The notes: a model not told the origin generated them from the sequence alone. A stretch of 64,000 bases of DNA from Candidatus Moranbacteria bacterium GW2011_GWC2_40_12 (GCA_000995965.1 LBYD01000004.1:23711-87710), one strand, 5' to 3'; positions 38,400 through 48,351 are shown, counted from the stretch's first letter. Numbers and translations are program-made.

Positions 38400-38460
38400 A
38401 AAAAATGAAAACCACTCCTTTCCTTCCTTCCCTTAATAAGGGGAGTATAAGAAGCGGGGT

Positions 38461-38658
38461 CTAATTATAGGGTAAATTAAGAAGTATGTTCTCCGCGTCG
38501 GTTTTGAAGACGACTTCGTCGTTGCGTTTGCGGCGGGTGATTTTTCCGGGATTGCGCGCATTGAAATGGCCCTGGCCTATGTCCCGGCGCATCACTTTTC
38601 TTTTTGCCGTGATTCTCACGCGTTTTTTGACAGCTTTTCTTGTCTTTAGCTTGGGCAT
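38461..38658 (-). CDS. rpmI: 50S ribosomal protein L35
   Basis: MPKLKTRKAVKKRVRITAKRKV..., canonical L35. Confidence 0.85.
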   Translation of the reverse strand: MPKLKTRKAVKKRVRITAKRKVMRRDIGQGHFNARNPGKITRRKRNDEVVFKTDAENILLNLPYN

Positions 38659-38662
38659 AATC

Positions 38663-39205
38663 TTATTTAGGGGCGATTATTACATTAAATCCTCCCGGGA
38701 ATTTCTTTATTTCTTGTTCAATCTTGCTTGGGACGGAAATTGACATTATAAAACTATTCAAAGTTTCTCTTGCCAGTGGCTGGTGGGCTTTTTCTCTGCC
38801 CCGAAGGCGAATTTCAATCTTCACCTTGTTTGCCTGCGAGAGAAATTTTTCGGCTTGTTTTTTCCGGACATCCAAGTCATGGTCATCCGTTTTGAGCCCG
38901 AGGCGGATTCCTTTTATCTCGGTTTTCTTTTGCTTCGACCGCTGTTGCTGTTCCTCTTTGGCTTTCTGGTACTGAAACTTTCCAAAATCCATGATTTTCA
39001 CAATCGGGGGACGGACATTGGGAACAATCTCAACCAAATCCAATTCTCTCTCGCGGGCCATCTGAAGGGCCTCTTCCGTCGGGACAATGCCAATTTGCTG
39101 GCCGCTTTCGTCAATAAGCCTCACGGGAGAAATACGGATATATTCATTGACTCTGGTCCGCGGTCCGCGAAATTGCGGCTGACGGCGAAAAAAACGTCTG
39201 CGAAT
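38663..39205 (-). CDS. infC: translation initiation factor IF-3 (probable AUU start)
   Basis: VRLIDESGQQIGIV...DLVEI...PPI(V)KIMDFGKF IF-3 signatures; homology extends upstream of the first AUG/GUG (RRQPQFRGPRTRVNEYIRISPVRLIDE) to an in-frame ATT, like the autoregulatory AUU start in E. coli; the exact start is uncertain. Confidence 0.75.
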   Translation of the reverse strand: MRRRFFRRQPQFRGPRTRVNEYIRISPVRLIDESGQQIGIVPTEEALQMARERELDLVEIVPNVRPPIVKIMDFGKFQYQKAKEEQQQRSKQKKTEIKGIRLGLKTDDHDLDVRKKQAEKFLSQANKVKIEIRLRGREKAHQPLARETLNSFIMSISVPSKIEQEIKKFPGGFNVIIAPK

Positions 39206-39435
39206 ATGTTTTGTGTTATTGGTTAGCTTTTTGCTTTACGAATTACGAATCTCTTACGAATATACGAATGAGATTAAAGAAAGCATTTGCAATTTCTAAA
39301 ATTGCTCAGCTTGCCGAAGTTATTGGTATATTCGTACTAAATTCGTAATTCGTAAAGAATTTCGTGGAGATGGGGAGAATCGCCAGCCAGAGGCTGGTCC
39401 GCCTCGGGCGGAAACTCCAAGATGGCTAAGTTCTG

Positions 39436-39833
39436 CCTGTTTCCATGGTGGAGATGATGGGACTCGAACCCATGTCCAAATTTATATCTTCCAAAATATT
39501 CTACAAGCTTAGTTTACTTGTTTTGAGAAACTTTTCAAGTATAAAGTAAACAAAACCTTGAAAAGTCCTCTTTGCTCAATGGTCAGAGATAGCCGCAGAG
39601 AAAAACTATCAATCAAGCCCAATGTATGACACCAGCGGTTGCTTATTAGGCATCAGCAGGCTGATGGTCCCCGCGAATTAGGCAGGAACAACGGCGTAAG
39701 CAGGCTGAAAAGCTTGCTTAACCTTTGAAAATAAGTTTGCACTTATGATCGTTGACACAAGGTTTTACGAGTCTAATGTCATGCTCGGCTTGCGTATTTT
39801 GAGAGAACAAATTGTCGATGCCTAGCATCCCCG
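39436..39833 (-). ncRNA. ssrA: tmRNA (SsrA), standard one-piece form
   Basis: 5' GGGGATGCTAGGCATCGAC (canonical GGGG...GGxxTCGAC start); 3' tRNA-like domain GGGTTCGAGTCCCATCATCTCCACCA with the encoded CCA; acceptor halves pair (GGGGATG/CATCTCC); a candidate tag frame GCA AAC ... TAA lies in between; adjacent to smpB. Confidence 0.7.
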
Positions 39834-39876
39834 CCCGCAACGCTTCAAAAAAAAACGGTGCCGGCGCGATTGCCAA

Positions 39877-40320
39877 TTATCTCTTGAGCGCTCTCGCTAT
39901 TTTTCTGTCGCTTTCCCTTTTCTGTATTACAGAGCGCTTGTCATGCTTCTTTCTGCCTTTTCCTATGCCAAATTCGATCTTCAGAAGGCCTCGCTTAGTA
40001 TATACCCGAATGGGCACAAGTGTCAACCCTTCAACCCGCGATTTACCGATAAGAGTGCGAATTTCAGCCCGGTGGAGAAGCAGTTTCCGGGGCGCGGTGG
40101 GGTCATAGTTCGCAATTGCCCCCGCGTGCTTGTATAAAGGGATATTGGCGTTGGTGAGATAAAGTTCTTCACCTTTGACGGTCACAAAACTGCCTTTCAA
40201 ACTGATGTGCCCGTTTTTTACGGATTTCACTTCATATCCGCGCAACACCAAACCGGCCTCGAATCGCTCCGAGATAGCATAGTCGAAATTGGCTCGTTTG
40301 TTCACAGCTAATACGCTCAT
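39877..40320 (-). CDS. smpB: SsrA-binding protein SmpB
   Basis: NKRANFDYAI...LRGYEVKS...LYL.N.NI.PY...HRAEI canonical SmpB. Confidence 0.9.
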   Translation of the reverse strand: MSVLAVNKRANFDYAISERFEAGLVLRGYEVKSVKNGHISLKGSFVTVKGEELYLTNANIPLYKHAGAIANYDPTAPRKLLLHRAEIRTLIGKSRVEGLTLVPIRVYTKRGLLKIEFGIGKGRKKHDKRSVIQKRESDRKIARALKR

Positions 40321-40620
40321 ATCTTTATTAAAGCCGGAAATCAGGTTTTAGGCAATTTTTGTTGACGTAATAGAAATTTATGCTATGATTTCTTTTAAGA
40401 AAGGAGGGCAAGCAAGCTAGTGGATTAGCGGGACTGGCAGCCCCGGCGGTGTAAAGAAACTGTTTCCACTTAAAATTTATCTATCCCATGCCGGGCGCCA
40501 CTTAGAAAGTCATTGCTTAATAACCCCCTCTCGAAAGAGAAATCAGGGTGCAATGATTAGTACATGTGGTGGGTTAGCTCGGCTTTTTTTATTTCAAATC
40601 CCTTGCTATACTGAATTTGT

Positions 40621-42255
40621 ATGAAATCTGATATTCAAAAAATTGTTAAAAACGCTATCCAATCCGCTTTTGGGATTGATTTTGAGGTGGAGAAAATAAA
40701 AGTGTATTATCCGCCGGAGAGGATGGGGGATTTTTCAACGAATGTGGCGCTTCTGCTTGCAAAAGAAGTCGGGAAAAGTCCGATGGAAGTGGCGGAGAAG
40801 CTGAAAGAAAAGCTTGGCTCTCAAGATCAAAGCTCGGCTTTTCTCTTTCGGCAACAAGTTGCCGAAATTCCTCAAAGCCAAGCTTTTTTCGAAAAAATCG
40901 AAATCGCCAAACCCGGTTTCATCAATTTTTGGTTGGCGGAAAATACACTACAACTAGTTGTAGTGAAAATTAATGAAGAAAAAAATAAATTCGGCAATTC
41001 GGGAATCGGGAAAGGCAAAAAAATTCATCTTGATTTTGTTTCGGCGAATCCAACCGGTCCGGTGCATATCGGGAATGCAAGAGGCGGTCCGCTTGGAGAC
41101 ACGCTCGCGAATGTGTTTGAAAAAGCGGGATACGAAGCATATCGTGAATACTATGTGAACGATGCCGGGAATCAGGTGGAAATTCTGGGGCATTCGATTT
41201 TGGGCGATAGCGAAACGCAGTATAGCGGAGAATATATAGAAGAAATAAGAAATAAGATGGAAGAAAGCGATCCGGAAAAAGCAGGGGAAAAAGGCGTGAA
41301 GATTATTCTCGAAGAAATCATCAAGCCTTCAATGGAAAAGTTTGGAATTAATTTTGATAGCTATTTTTCCGAAAAAAAACTGCAAAAAAGCGGGAAAGTG
41401 GATAAAATTATAAGCTTACTTAGGGGAAAAGGATATATCTTCGAAAAGGACGGGGCGGCTTGGTTCAAGTCAACCGAGTTTGGCGATGACAAAGATCGGG
41501 TGGTGGTGAAATCAAACGGCGAAAAAACATATTTTGGCTCGGACATTGCTTATCACAAAGAAAAATTTGATCGGGGCTTCGATATACTGATTGACATTTG
41601 GGGAGCGGACCATCACGGGGAAGTAGCGAGAACAAAAGGAGCACTCAAGGTGTTAGGTTATGAAAACAAGCTTGATGTGATTCTGACGCAATTCGTACGG
41701 GTGATGAAAGATGGGGAGGAAATGAAAATGTCCAAGCGTGCGGGGACTTATGTCAGCGTGGATGATCTCATCGGCGAAGTCGGAAAGGACGCGACCAGAT
41801 TTTTCTTTTTGATGCACAGCGCGGATACCCACATGAATTTTGATATGGACCTCGCGAAGGAGCAGAGCGAGAAAAACCCCGTTTATTATGTCCAATATGC
41901 CCATGCGAGAATTTGCAGTATTTTACGAAAGGCTGCTCTCCTAAGATCGGATCTTAGGAGCGTCCTAAGATCCGATCTTAGGAAAATGCACACAAAGGAA
42001 CGCAGTTTAGTTTTCGAACTTCTGAAATTTCCGGATCTCGTTGAAGAAATTTCGCAAAACTACGCCGTCCACTATCTCCCGCAATATGCCATGGGCCTCG
42101 CGGACAAATTCCATTCTTTTTATGACGAGTGCCGGGTGATTGATGAAAATAATTTGGAACTCACTGCTCAGCGCCTGGAAATCGTGAAGGCCGTGCAAAT
42201 TGTGCTGGCAGAAGTGCTAAAAATAATGGGAATCAGCGCGCCGGAGAGGATGTAA
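40621..42255 (+). CDS. argS: arginine--tRNA ligase
   Basis: HIGNARGG (HIGH) and KMSKRAGT (KMSKS) motifs; DALR anticodon-binding domain YVQYAHARICSILRKA; contains a tandem palindromic insert at 41936-41990. Confidence 0.9.
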   Translation: MKSDIQKIVKNAIQSAFGIDFEVEKIKVYYPPERMGDFSTNVALLLAKEVGKSPMEVAEKLKEKLGSQDQSSAFLFRQQVAEIPQSQAFFEKIEIAKPGFINFWLAENTLQLVVVKINEEKNKFGNSGIGKGKKIHLDFVSANPTGPVHIGNARGGPLGDTLANVFEKAGYEAYREYYVNDAGNQVEILGHSILGDSETQYSGEYIEEIRNKMEESDPEKAGEKGVKIILEEIIKPSMEKFGINFDSYFSEKKLQKSGKVDKIISLLRGKGYIFEKDGAAWFKSTEFGDDKDRVVVKSNGEKTYFGSDIAYHKEKFDRGFDILIDIWGADHHGEVARTKGALKVLGYENKLDVILTQFVRVMKDGEEMKMSKRAGTYVSVDDLIGEVGKDATRFFFLMHSADTHMNFDMDLAKEQSEKNPVYYVQYAHARICSILRKAALLRSDLRSVLRSDLRKMHTKERSLVFELLKFPDLVEEISQNYAVHYLPQYAMGLADKFHSFYDECRVIDENNLELTAQRLEIVKAVQIVLAEVLKIMGISAPERM

Positions 42256-42332
42256 TTGGTAACTTGTAATTCGTAATTCGGATTTTTTCGATATCCTAAT
42301 TGCCAATTACTAATTACGAATTACTTTAATTT

Positions 42333-42983
42333 ATGAACTATTACAACAACGGACCGCGAAAAAAGATGTTCCTCGACATTGAAACTCTTCCCGCGCCGGA
42401 GCATGTGCATGAGGCTTTGATGGAAATTCACGAATATCGAAAAAAGAAGAAAAGAAAAAACGGGGAAAAATATTCCAAAAGCTTCGAGCAATTTCTGGCT
42501 GAAACTGGGCTCGACGGGACATTCGGGCGGATTTTTTGCATCTCCTATGCCATCAATGACGATATGGTCCATTGCATTTGCGACGAAGACGAAAAGAAAA
42601 TGCTCGAAAATTTCTGGGAAGCGGCCAAAGACGTCGATCTCTTTGTCGGTTTTAATATAATGGATTTTGATCTCAAATATATCATCCAGCGCTCGATCAT
42701 CCACGGCGTGAAGCCGAAAACAAAGGTGCGCCTGTCTTTCGCCAGATACCGCAGCGATCCAATCTATGACGCGATGCACGAGTGGAACCAGTGGGGATAC
42801 GGCAGGAATGTTTCGCTTGATTCTCTGGCGCGGGCGCTTGGCCTCGGTTCATCAAAAACCAATATGGACGGGTCGGAAGTTTTCACCTATTACAAAAAAG
42901 GAAAGCTGAAAGAAATCTGCGCCTACTGCAACGCGGATGTTGAGGTGACGAGGAAAATATACAAGAAGATGAATTTTGAATAA
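42333..42983 (+). CDS. DEDDy-type 3'-5' exonuclease (PolB-exonuclease-like, RNase H fold)
   Basis: FLDIETLP (Exo I DxE), an FNIMDFDLKYI middle motif, and YCNADVEVTRKIY (Exo III YxxxD). Confidence 0.6.
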   Translation: MNYYNNGPRKKMFLDIETLPAPEHVHEALMEIHEYRKKKKRKNGEKYSKSFEQFLAETGLDGTFGRIFCISYAINDDMVHCICDEDEKKMLENFWEAAKDVDLFVGFNIMDFDLKYIIQRSIIHGVKPKTKVRLSFARYRSDPIYDAMHEWNQWGYGRNVSLDSLARALGLGSSKTNMDGSEVFTYYKKGKLKEICAYCNADVEVTRKIYKKMNFE

Positions 42984-43041
42984 AGCTCGGCTTTGAGGAA
43001 TGACGGGTGTTGAGCTCCCGTCAGGAAAAAGCCGAGCTTTG
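42982..43041. repeat. MITE-like nested-hairpin repeat, copy C
   Basis: AAAGCTCGGCTTTGAGGAATGACGGGTGTTGAGCTCCCGTCAGGAAAAAGCCGAGCTTTG, immediately after the stop codon. Confidence 0.7.
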
Positions 43042-43126
43042 ATGCATAATATTTACTGAGCTAAGCCCGACTTAGCTCATTTTTATAAAAAAAAGAAAAC
43101 AGGACGTTGCCTGTTTATAAAGGGGG

Positions 43127-43202
43127 TGGTGGGACGGACGGAATTCGAACCCGCGACACGGCGATTGCAAAATCGCCTGCTCTGCCACTGAGCTACCGGC
43201 CC
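43127..43202 (-). tRNA. tRNA (anticodon region TTTTGCAA; Cys-GCA or Gln-TTG)
   Basis: Manual fold: acceptor GGGCCGG/CCGTCCC (one C-U mismatch), D arm GCTC/GAGC, T arm GCGGG-TTCGAAT-TCCGT, encoded CCA; the anticodon stem GGCGA/TCGCC encloses an 8-nt loop by my parse. Confidence 0.55.
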
Positions 43203-43238
43203 ACGCATAGGTTTAATTTTTCCAGCGGAATTTTCCGC

Positions 43239-43316
43239 TGGCAGGCCCGGAAGGATTCGAACCTTCGACACGTGGATCTATGAGTCCACTGCTCTAACCT
43301 GTTGAGCTACGGGCCC
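43239..43316 (-). tRNA. tRNA-Met (CAT) candidate
   Basis: Acceptor GGGCCCG/CGGGCCT, D arm GCTC/GAGC, anticodon stem GTGGA/TCCAC with loop CTCATAGA (CAT anticodon; 8 nt by my parse), T arm GAAGG-TTCGAAT-CCTTC, encoded CCA. Confidence 0.6.
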
Positions 43317-43595
43317 GCATAAAAAGAACTGGCAGAAGGGGGACAGGGATTTGAACCCTGAATTGCGCTATCTTAGTCATCCCCCTCCTGCCCAATTGAA
43401 ATAATCTAGCAAATGTAGCTTGGATTTGTCAACATTATCTTTTTTTCAAGTGCGTACCATTGCCTTATTCAAGGCTTTATTGCTATTGTGGGGAAGTGAA
43501 GTAAAGCGTTGAAATGAACCCCGTTAGAAATTCGGGGTTTACTCGATTAACTCATAAAATATGCAATAATCTTAATTATATAAATTTCTAACGGG

Positions 43596-44393
43596 GTGAG
43601 AAAATATCTGGCCGTAATCAAGGCCGAATGGCAAAGGCAGATGACTTATCGGGTCAACCAATTCACCTTCAGAATTGGCAACGTCTTTGAAATTCTGGTT
43701 CAGATCCTTATTTGGACGGCTATCTTCCAAAATGTTCAAGTTATCAGAGGATATAATTATAAAGAAATGATGACGTATATCCTGATTGGCTGGCTGCTTT
43801 CAATGCTCATGCAAAATTATGGGTTTGAGAATATTATTTCCGGCCATATTGAAGAAGGAAAGCTTTCAAACTTTATTTCGAAGCCAATCAACTACATAAA
43901 ATATCTGATAACCCTTTCGATTGGCCGTTGCAGTTTCACGGTGGCTGTGGCTTTTGGGATGAATGTTGTCCTCCTTTTTTTGTTCAGGCATTATTTTATA
44001 TTGTCAAAAGATCCTTTGATGTGGGCAGTTCTTGTCGCGATGGTTTTGGCGGGATATTTTATCAATTTGTTTATCTCAATTCTGGTGGGATTCACTTCTT
44101 TTTGGACGGTTGATAACCATGGGATATTTTATTCAATCAATACCTTGGCAAAATTTTTGTCAGGCAACTATTTTCCGATAAACATCCTGCCGGCGGCTTT
44201 TTTGAATTTTTCACTGGCTTTGCCGTTTGTCTACACTTTTTATTTTCCCGCTCAGCTCTATCTTGGAAAAATTTCAATCCGCCAGGGCTTGGTTGGACTG
44301 GGCGTTGAAATCGCTTGGCTTGCGTTTTTATATCTGGTAATCAATTGGGTTTGGAAGTTGGGACTCAAGAAATTTGAAAGCGTGGGAATATGA
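43596..44393 (+). CDS. ABC-2 family transporter permease
   Basis: 265 aa with 6 TM helices; paralogue of the next gene (MRKYLAVIKAEWQRQMTYR vs MKKYWHIITNEIQRQFTYR); GTG start. Confidence 0.65.
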   Translation: MRKYLAVIKAEWQRQMTYRVNQFTFRIGNVFEILVQILIWTAIFQNVQVIRGYNYKEMMTYILIGWLLSMLMQNYGFENIISGHIEEGKLSNFISKPINYIKYLITLSIGRCSFTVAVAFGMNVVLLFLFRHYFILSKDPLMWAVLVAMVLAGYFINLFISILVGFTSFWTVDNHGIFYSINTLAKFLSGNYFPINILPAAFLNFSLALPFVYTFYFPAQLYLGKISIRQGLVGLGVEIAWLAFLYLVINWVWKLGLKKFESVGI

Positions 44394-44450
44394 CAAGCCC
44401 ACCCTAACCCCCTCCTTGGCAAGGAGAGGGAAACAGAGAAGACTATTTTT

Positions 44451-45248
44451 ATGAAAAAATACTGGCACATCATCACAAACGAAATTCAGCGGCAGTTCAC
44501 CTATCGGGCGAGCATTGCGGCGTATGCTTTTGGCAACATCGCGGAACTTGTCGCGCTCGCCGTAATTTGGACGATTGTGTATAAAAACGTTGACGCAATC
44601 AAAGGTTACTCCGTGAATGAAATGATCAGCTACGTCGTTTTTGCCTGGTTTTTTTCATTTCTCACGACGACATACGCTTTCGAGACGAATGTGGCGCAAG
44701 ACATCCACCAGGGAACGCTCTCGAATCTCTTGTTGAAGCCGCAGAGCTATATCCGGTATATGATGGCGGTTGCCACGGGCCGGATCACCATTGCCTTTTT
44801 AATTGTCTTGGTTCAGGGCGCCCTTGTTTTTTCTTTTTTTCGGAACAGCCTTATTTTTTCTTTGGACTTTCCAACGATAATTTTGCTCCTTTGCATGCTG
44901 GTCGCGACCTATTTCATCAATCTATTTTTATCAATTATCATCGGTTTCATCGCTTTTTGGACGATGGAGATCAATGGGACGTATTATTCCCTCAAAGTCT
45001 TTTCGCGCTTCATGTCTGGAACATTTTTCCCAATCGGCCTCCTGCCGGCGTTTTTTATGAAGGCGAGTTTCTTTTTACCGTTCGTTTACACAATTTACAT
45101 TCCGGTCCAGCTATATCTCGGAAAAATAAGCTTCGCGGAAGGGCTGCGGGGACTCGCGATGGAAATTCTGTGGCTGGTCGGGCTATATGCTATTATAAAA
45201 ATAGTCTGGCGGGCGGGACTTAGGAAATATGAGAGTGTTGGAATATAA
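44451..45248 (+). CDS. ABC-2 family transporter permease (paralogue)
   Basis: Same architecture as the upstream gene; both end ...KFESVGI / KYESVGI. Confidence 0.65.
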   Translation: MKKYWHIITNEIQRQFTYRASIAAYAFGNIAELVALAVIWTIVYKNVDAIKGYSVNEMISYVVFAWFFSFLTTTYAFETNVAQDIHQGTLSNLLLKPQSYIRYMMAVATGRITIAFLIVLVQGALVFSFFRNSLIFSLDFPTIILLLCMLVATYFINLFLSIIIGFIAFWTMEINGTYYSLKVFSRFMSGTFFPIGLLPAFFMKASFFLPFVYTIYIPVQLYLGKISFAEGLRGLAMEILWLVGLYAIIKIVWRAGLRKYESVGI

Positions 45249-46248
45249 AAATTTTCAAAATATTATGCTCATTATCAAAGTCAGCAATCTAAGCAAGACT
45301 TACGAATACTACAAAAAACAACTTGGGGTTTGGGCTTCAGTGAAAGGTCTCTTTCGTCGCGAAAAACTGCACAAAGAAGCCGTGAAGGAAATCAATTTTT
45401 CAATCGAAGAAGGGGAATTGGTTGGTTTTTTGGGGCCCAATGGCGCGGGGAAGACAACGACGCTCAAGATGCTTTCGGGGATTCTTTATCCAACCAGCGG
45501 GGAGGCTAAAGTGCTGGGATACACTCCTTGGAAGAGGCAGCCGGAATACCAAAAGCAATTTGCGCTCGTGATGGGGCAGAAAAACCAGCTTTGGTGGGAT
45601 CTTCCGGCGATGGAAAGTTTCATCTTGAACAAAGAAATATATGAAGTTTCGGACGCGGACTTCAAAGAAAATCTGGATGAACTTGTCGAACTTCTCGATA
45701 TCAAAGACATTCTCGATGTGCAGGTGCGAAAACTTTCTTTGGGTCAAAGGATGAAATGTGAGTTGGTGGCAGCTCTCTTGCATAAGCCGAAAGTTTTGTT
45801 TTTGGACGAGCCGACGATCGGCCTTGATGTCGTGGCGCAAAAAAATATTCGGGACTTCATCAAACAGTATAACCAAAAAAACAAGACGACGATTATTCTC
45901 ACTTCGCACTATATGGAAGACGTGAAAGAGCTTTGTAAACGGGTGATCATCATTGAAGAGGGGAAGATCGGATATGACGGCGATCTGGCGAGACTCATTG
46001 AAAAATACGCGCCGTATAAAGTTCTGAAAATCACTTTTGAAGGGGAGGGAGTAAAAGAAGTAGATATTCGTGAATTTGGAGAAATGCATCAGTTTGCGCC
46101 GCATAGCATCACTTTGCGCGTCCCGCGTGAGAAAGCGAAAAACGTGGCGCGGGATATTTTGTCTTCCAATCTTCCGGTTGATGACATCTTGATCGATGAA
46201 GTGGATATTTCAGACGTGGTGAGGAAAATTTTCAGTAATGGAAATTAA
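45229..46248 (+). CDS. ABC transporter ATP-binding protein
   Basis: Walker A GPNGAGKTTT, signature LSLGQRMK, Walker B VLFLDEPTIGLD, H-loop SHYMED; the start may instead be the ATG at 45265. Confidence 0.85.
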   Translation: MRVLEYKNFQNIMLIIKVSNLSKTYEYYKKQLGVWASVKGLFRREKLHKEAVKEINFSIEEGELVGFLGPNGAGKTTTLKMLSGILYPTSGEAKVLGYTPWKRQPEYQKQFALVMGQKNQLWWDLPAMESFILNKEIYEVSDADFKENLDELVELLDIKDILDVQVRKLSLGQRMKCELVAALLHKPKVLFLDEPTIGLDVVAQKNIRDFIKQYNQKNKTTIILTSHYMEDVKELCKRVIIIEEGKIGYDGDLARLIEKYAPYKVLKITFEGEGVKEVDIREFGEMHQFAPHSITLRVPREKAKNVARDILSSNLPVDDILIDEVDISDVVRKIFSNGN

Positions 46249-46327
46249 CAGTTTTTGGTGAGTATTTTAAAAGGACAGACTCTGGAGTCTGCCCTTTTGA
46301 TAATGCGTGCAAATTTAGGGATCTTTT

Positions 46328-46600
46328 TTAGAATCCCAGGGTATCGGCAATCACTGAGAACGATCCGATGGCTCCAAAAAAAGCCAGTACACCCCCGATT
46401 GCGCAAATTCCCTCCCTTGTATCTTGGCTCGCTATCTCGGGCGGAAGAAAATATGCTCCCAATATGAGAAGAATTGCAAGCCAGAACCCAAAGAACATTA
46501 AGAAGCCAGGATGGCCTATTTTGACTAATACTACTATGCCAAAAAGGCTCAGGGAAAATACAATTGCTGTAATTATCAGCCAACTTGTAAATAGATCCAT
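46328..46600 (-). CDS. small membrane protein (90 aa)
   Basis: Three hydrophobic helices; no SD checked. Confidence 0.3.
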   Translation of the reverse strand: MDLFTSWLIITAIVFSLSLFGIVVLVKIGHPGFLMFFGFWLAILLILGAYFLPPEIASQDTREGICAIGGVLAFFGAIGSFSVIADTLGF

Positions 46601-46698
46601 GCTGTTTTCTCCTCTTCGCCTATTGGCAAATACTTTGCTCTATCTATGTGAAATTCGAGCTTATTATTATATAAGATAAAGATTGGTTTGTCAAATAT

Positions 46699-48348
46699 CT
46701 ACTTCTTTTCTATTTTTTCCATATAAGTATCTTTTAGTTTATATCCCAACTTCCGATAATATTCCCTGACGCCAATTCCCGCGATGACGGAAATATTTTG
46801 GCAACCGAATTCTACGCGCGCAATTTTTTCGGCTTCTTTGATTAACTTCTTTCCAAGCCCCGCGTGTTGGGGGGATTTTTTGTCGCGGGATTTGAGGTTC
46901 AGAAGCTTTCCGTAAGTGTGGACTTCACGGATGATGGCGGTGTGTTTGAAGTTTCCAAGACTTAGTCTTGGAAAATTAATAATTCGCAAGCGGAGCAGAG
47001 AATAAAGTTTTTTGTGATCCGGCGAGACATATTCCAGGAAGATTTCTTTTCCGCCAGACGCGTTGTAGTCTATCCGGCGCAGGATGATATCATCTTTAGC
47101 CGTATAATTTCCTCGTATTTCTCGACATCTGATGCAGTGGCATTCAACACCTTTATTTTGAATAATCTGCCGAAGGTTGGAAATATTCGGCCCGGCGGCG
47201 ATGGAGCTTTCGGGAATATCGCGAATAAGTCTTGAGATTCTGACATACGGCGGAATAATTTGCTTGATCTCCGAAATTAATTTTTCTGCCCTGGCGTTGG
47301 TCAGCGCTTCGTATTCTCCTTTTTTCCATAAACTATACAAAGCCGAATTTCGGGTGACGACGCAAGGATATATTTTCACGAGGTCCGGCTGGAAAGCGGG
47401 ATTCGAAAATATTTCTTTGAACATTTCAAGATCTTTTTTGAAACTGCTGCCGAGAAGTCCGGGCATCATATGATAGCTGACCTTGAAACCGGCGTCTTTC
47501 AAGAGTTTTGTCGCTTTGATTGTTTGCTGGACTGCGTGCCCGCGGCGGTTTTTTTTGAGCACATCACCAAAAATGCTTTGGACGCCGATTTCAACACGAG
47601 TTGCTCCGAGTTCACGATAAAACTCTATTTCTTTTTCATCCAGCGTGTCGGGGCGAGTTTCGAGGGTGAGGCCAATTACTCTATGCTTTGCTTTCTCATT
47701 ACGCATTTGTTCTTTTTGCAAACCATGGATGATTGGCTTTTTTTTGCCCGCCGAAGCCTTGGCGAAGGCTGGCGTTGCCTTTTTTGCTATTGGATAATCG
47801 TTGGCCGCTCGGTAGCATTCAGTAATAAAGTTATACTGATATTTTTTTGGCAGGTCGGAGAATGTTCCTCCCATAACAATCAGTTCTATTTTTTCGATAT
47901 CATGGCCGTTTATTTCGAGTGCCCGCAGGCGTTTTTGAACCTGATTGTATGGATTGAAATTCACGGTGATGGCGCGCATCACGGCTGGTTCATTCGAAAG
48001 ATAGCTTTTGGGCATATCCTTTTCGGTCGGGCAATAGAGGCACTTTCCGCGGCAGGGATATTGTTTAGTCAGTACGGCCACGACAGCCACGCCAGAAAGA
48101 GTGCGGATGTTTTTTGATTTAAGTATTTTTTTTAGCAATAAAAGATCGGCTTTTTTCCTCCCAAGAGCTAAGCTCCCGGAATTTCCCAAAGCCAAGCTTT
48201 GTTCATAAAAATCCCGAATGTCGGCGTTGCGGGGAGTGGTTGCGCCGAAGCGGCCGCAGATTTCTTTTTTGAGTGCTTCAAAAGCTTCCGCAGATTTGAT
48301 TTTTCTCCGGATTGATTCTTTAATGATGGTAGCGAATAACTCATTCAT
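46699..48348 (-). CDS. Elp3-like radical SAM / GNAT acetyltransferase (bacterial Elongator Elp3 homologue)
   Basis: CRGKCLYCP (CxxxCxxC) radical SAM core with RVEIGVQS, plus a C-terminal GNAT motif QHAGLGKKLIKEAEKIA; length 549 aa matches Elp3. Confidence 0.8.
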   Translation of the reverse strand: MNELFATIIKESIRRKIKSAEAFEALKKEICGRFGATTPRNADIRDFYEQSLALGNSGSLALGRKKADLLLLKKILKSKNIRTLSGVAVVAVLTKQYPCRGKCLYCPTEKDMPKSYLSNEPAVMRAITVNFNPYNQVQKRLRALEINGHDIEKIELIVMGGTFSDLPKKYQYNFITECYRAANDYPIAKKATPAFAKASAGKKKPIIHGLQKEQMRNEKAKHRVIGLTLETRPDTLDEKEIEFYRELGATRVEIGVQSIFGDVLKKNRRGHAVQQTIKATKLLKDAGFKVSYHMMPGLLGSSFKKDLEMFKEIFSNPAFQPDLVKIYPCVVTRNSALYSLWKKGEYEALTNARAEKLISEIKQIIPPYVRISRLIRDIPESSIAAGPNISNLRQIIQNKGVECHCIRCREIRGNYTAKDDIILRRIDYNASGGKEIFLEYVSPDHKKLYSLLRLRIINFPRLSLGNFKHTAIIREVHTYGKLLNLKSRDKKSPQHAGLGKKLIKEAEKIARVEFGCQNISVIAGIGVREYYRKLGYKLKDTYMEKIEKK

Positions 48349-48351
48349 GCT

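Noticed and set aside
39812-40108. ORF 39812-40108 (+, 98 aa)
   Set aside because: It overlaps the tmRNA 5' end and the smpB CDS on the opposite strand, with no support.
40380-40600. Possible T-box riboswitch in the 240-nt leader upstream of argS
   Set aside because: I could not find the conserved T-box sequence (AGGGTGGNACCGCG), a convincing specifier loop or an AG-bulge; only a weak GGGTG and a T-run near the argS start. It is left as an unassigned structured leader.
43080-43420. Integrated prophage or genomic island next to the tRNA cluster
   Set aside because: No integrase, recombinase or phage structural genes flank the tRNAs; only the odd tRNA-like fragment at 43330-43392, which is reported as a finding to verify.
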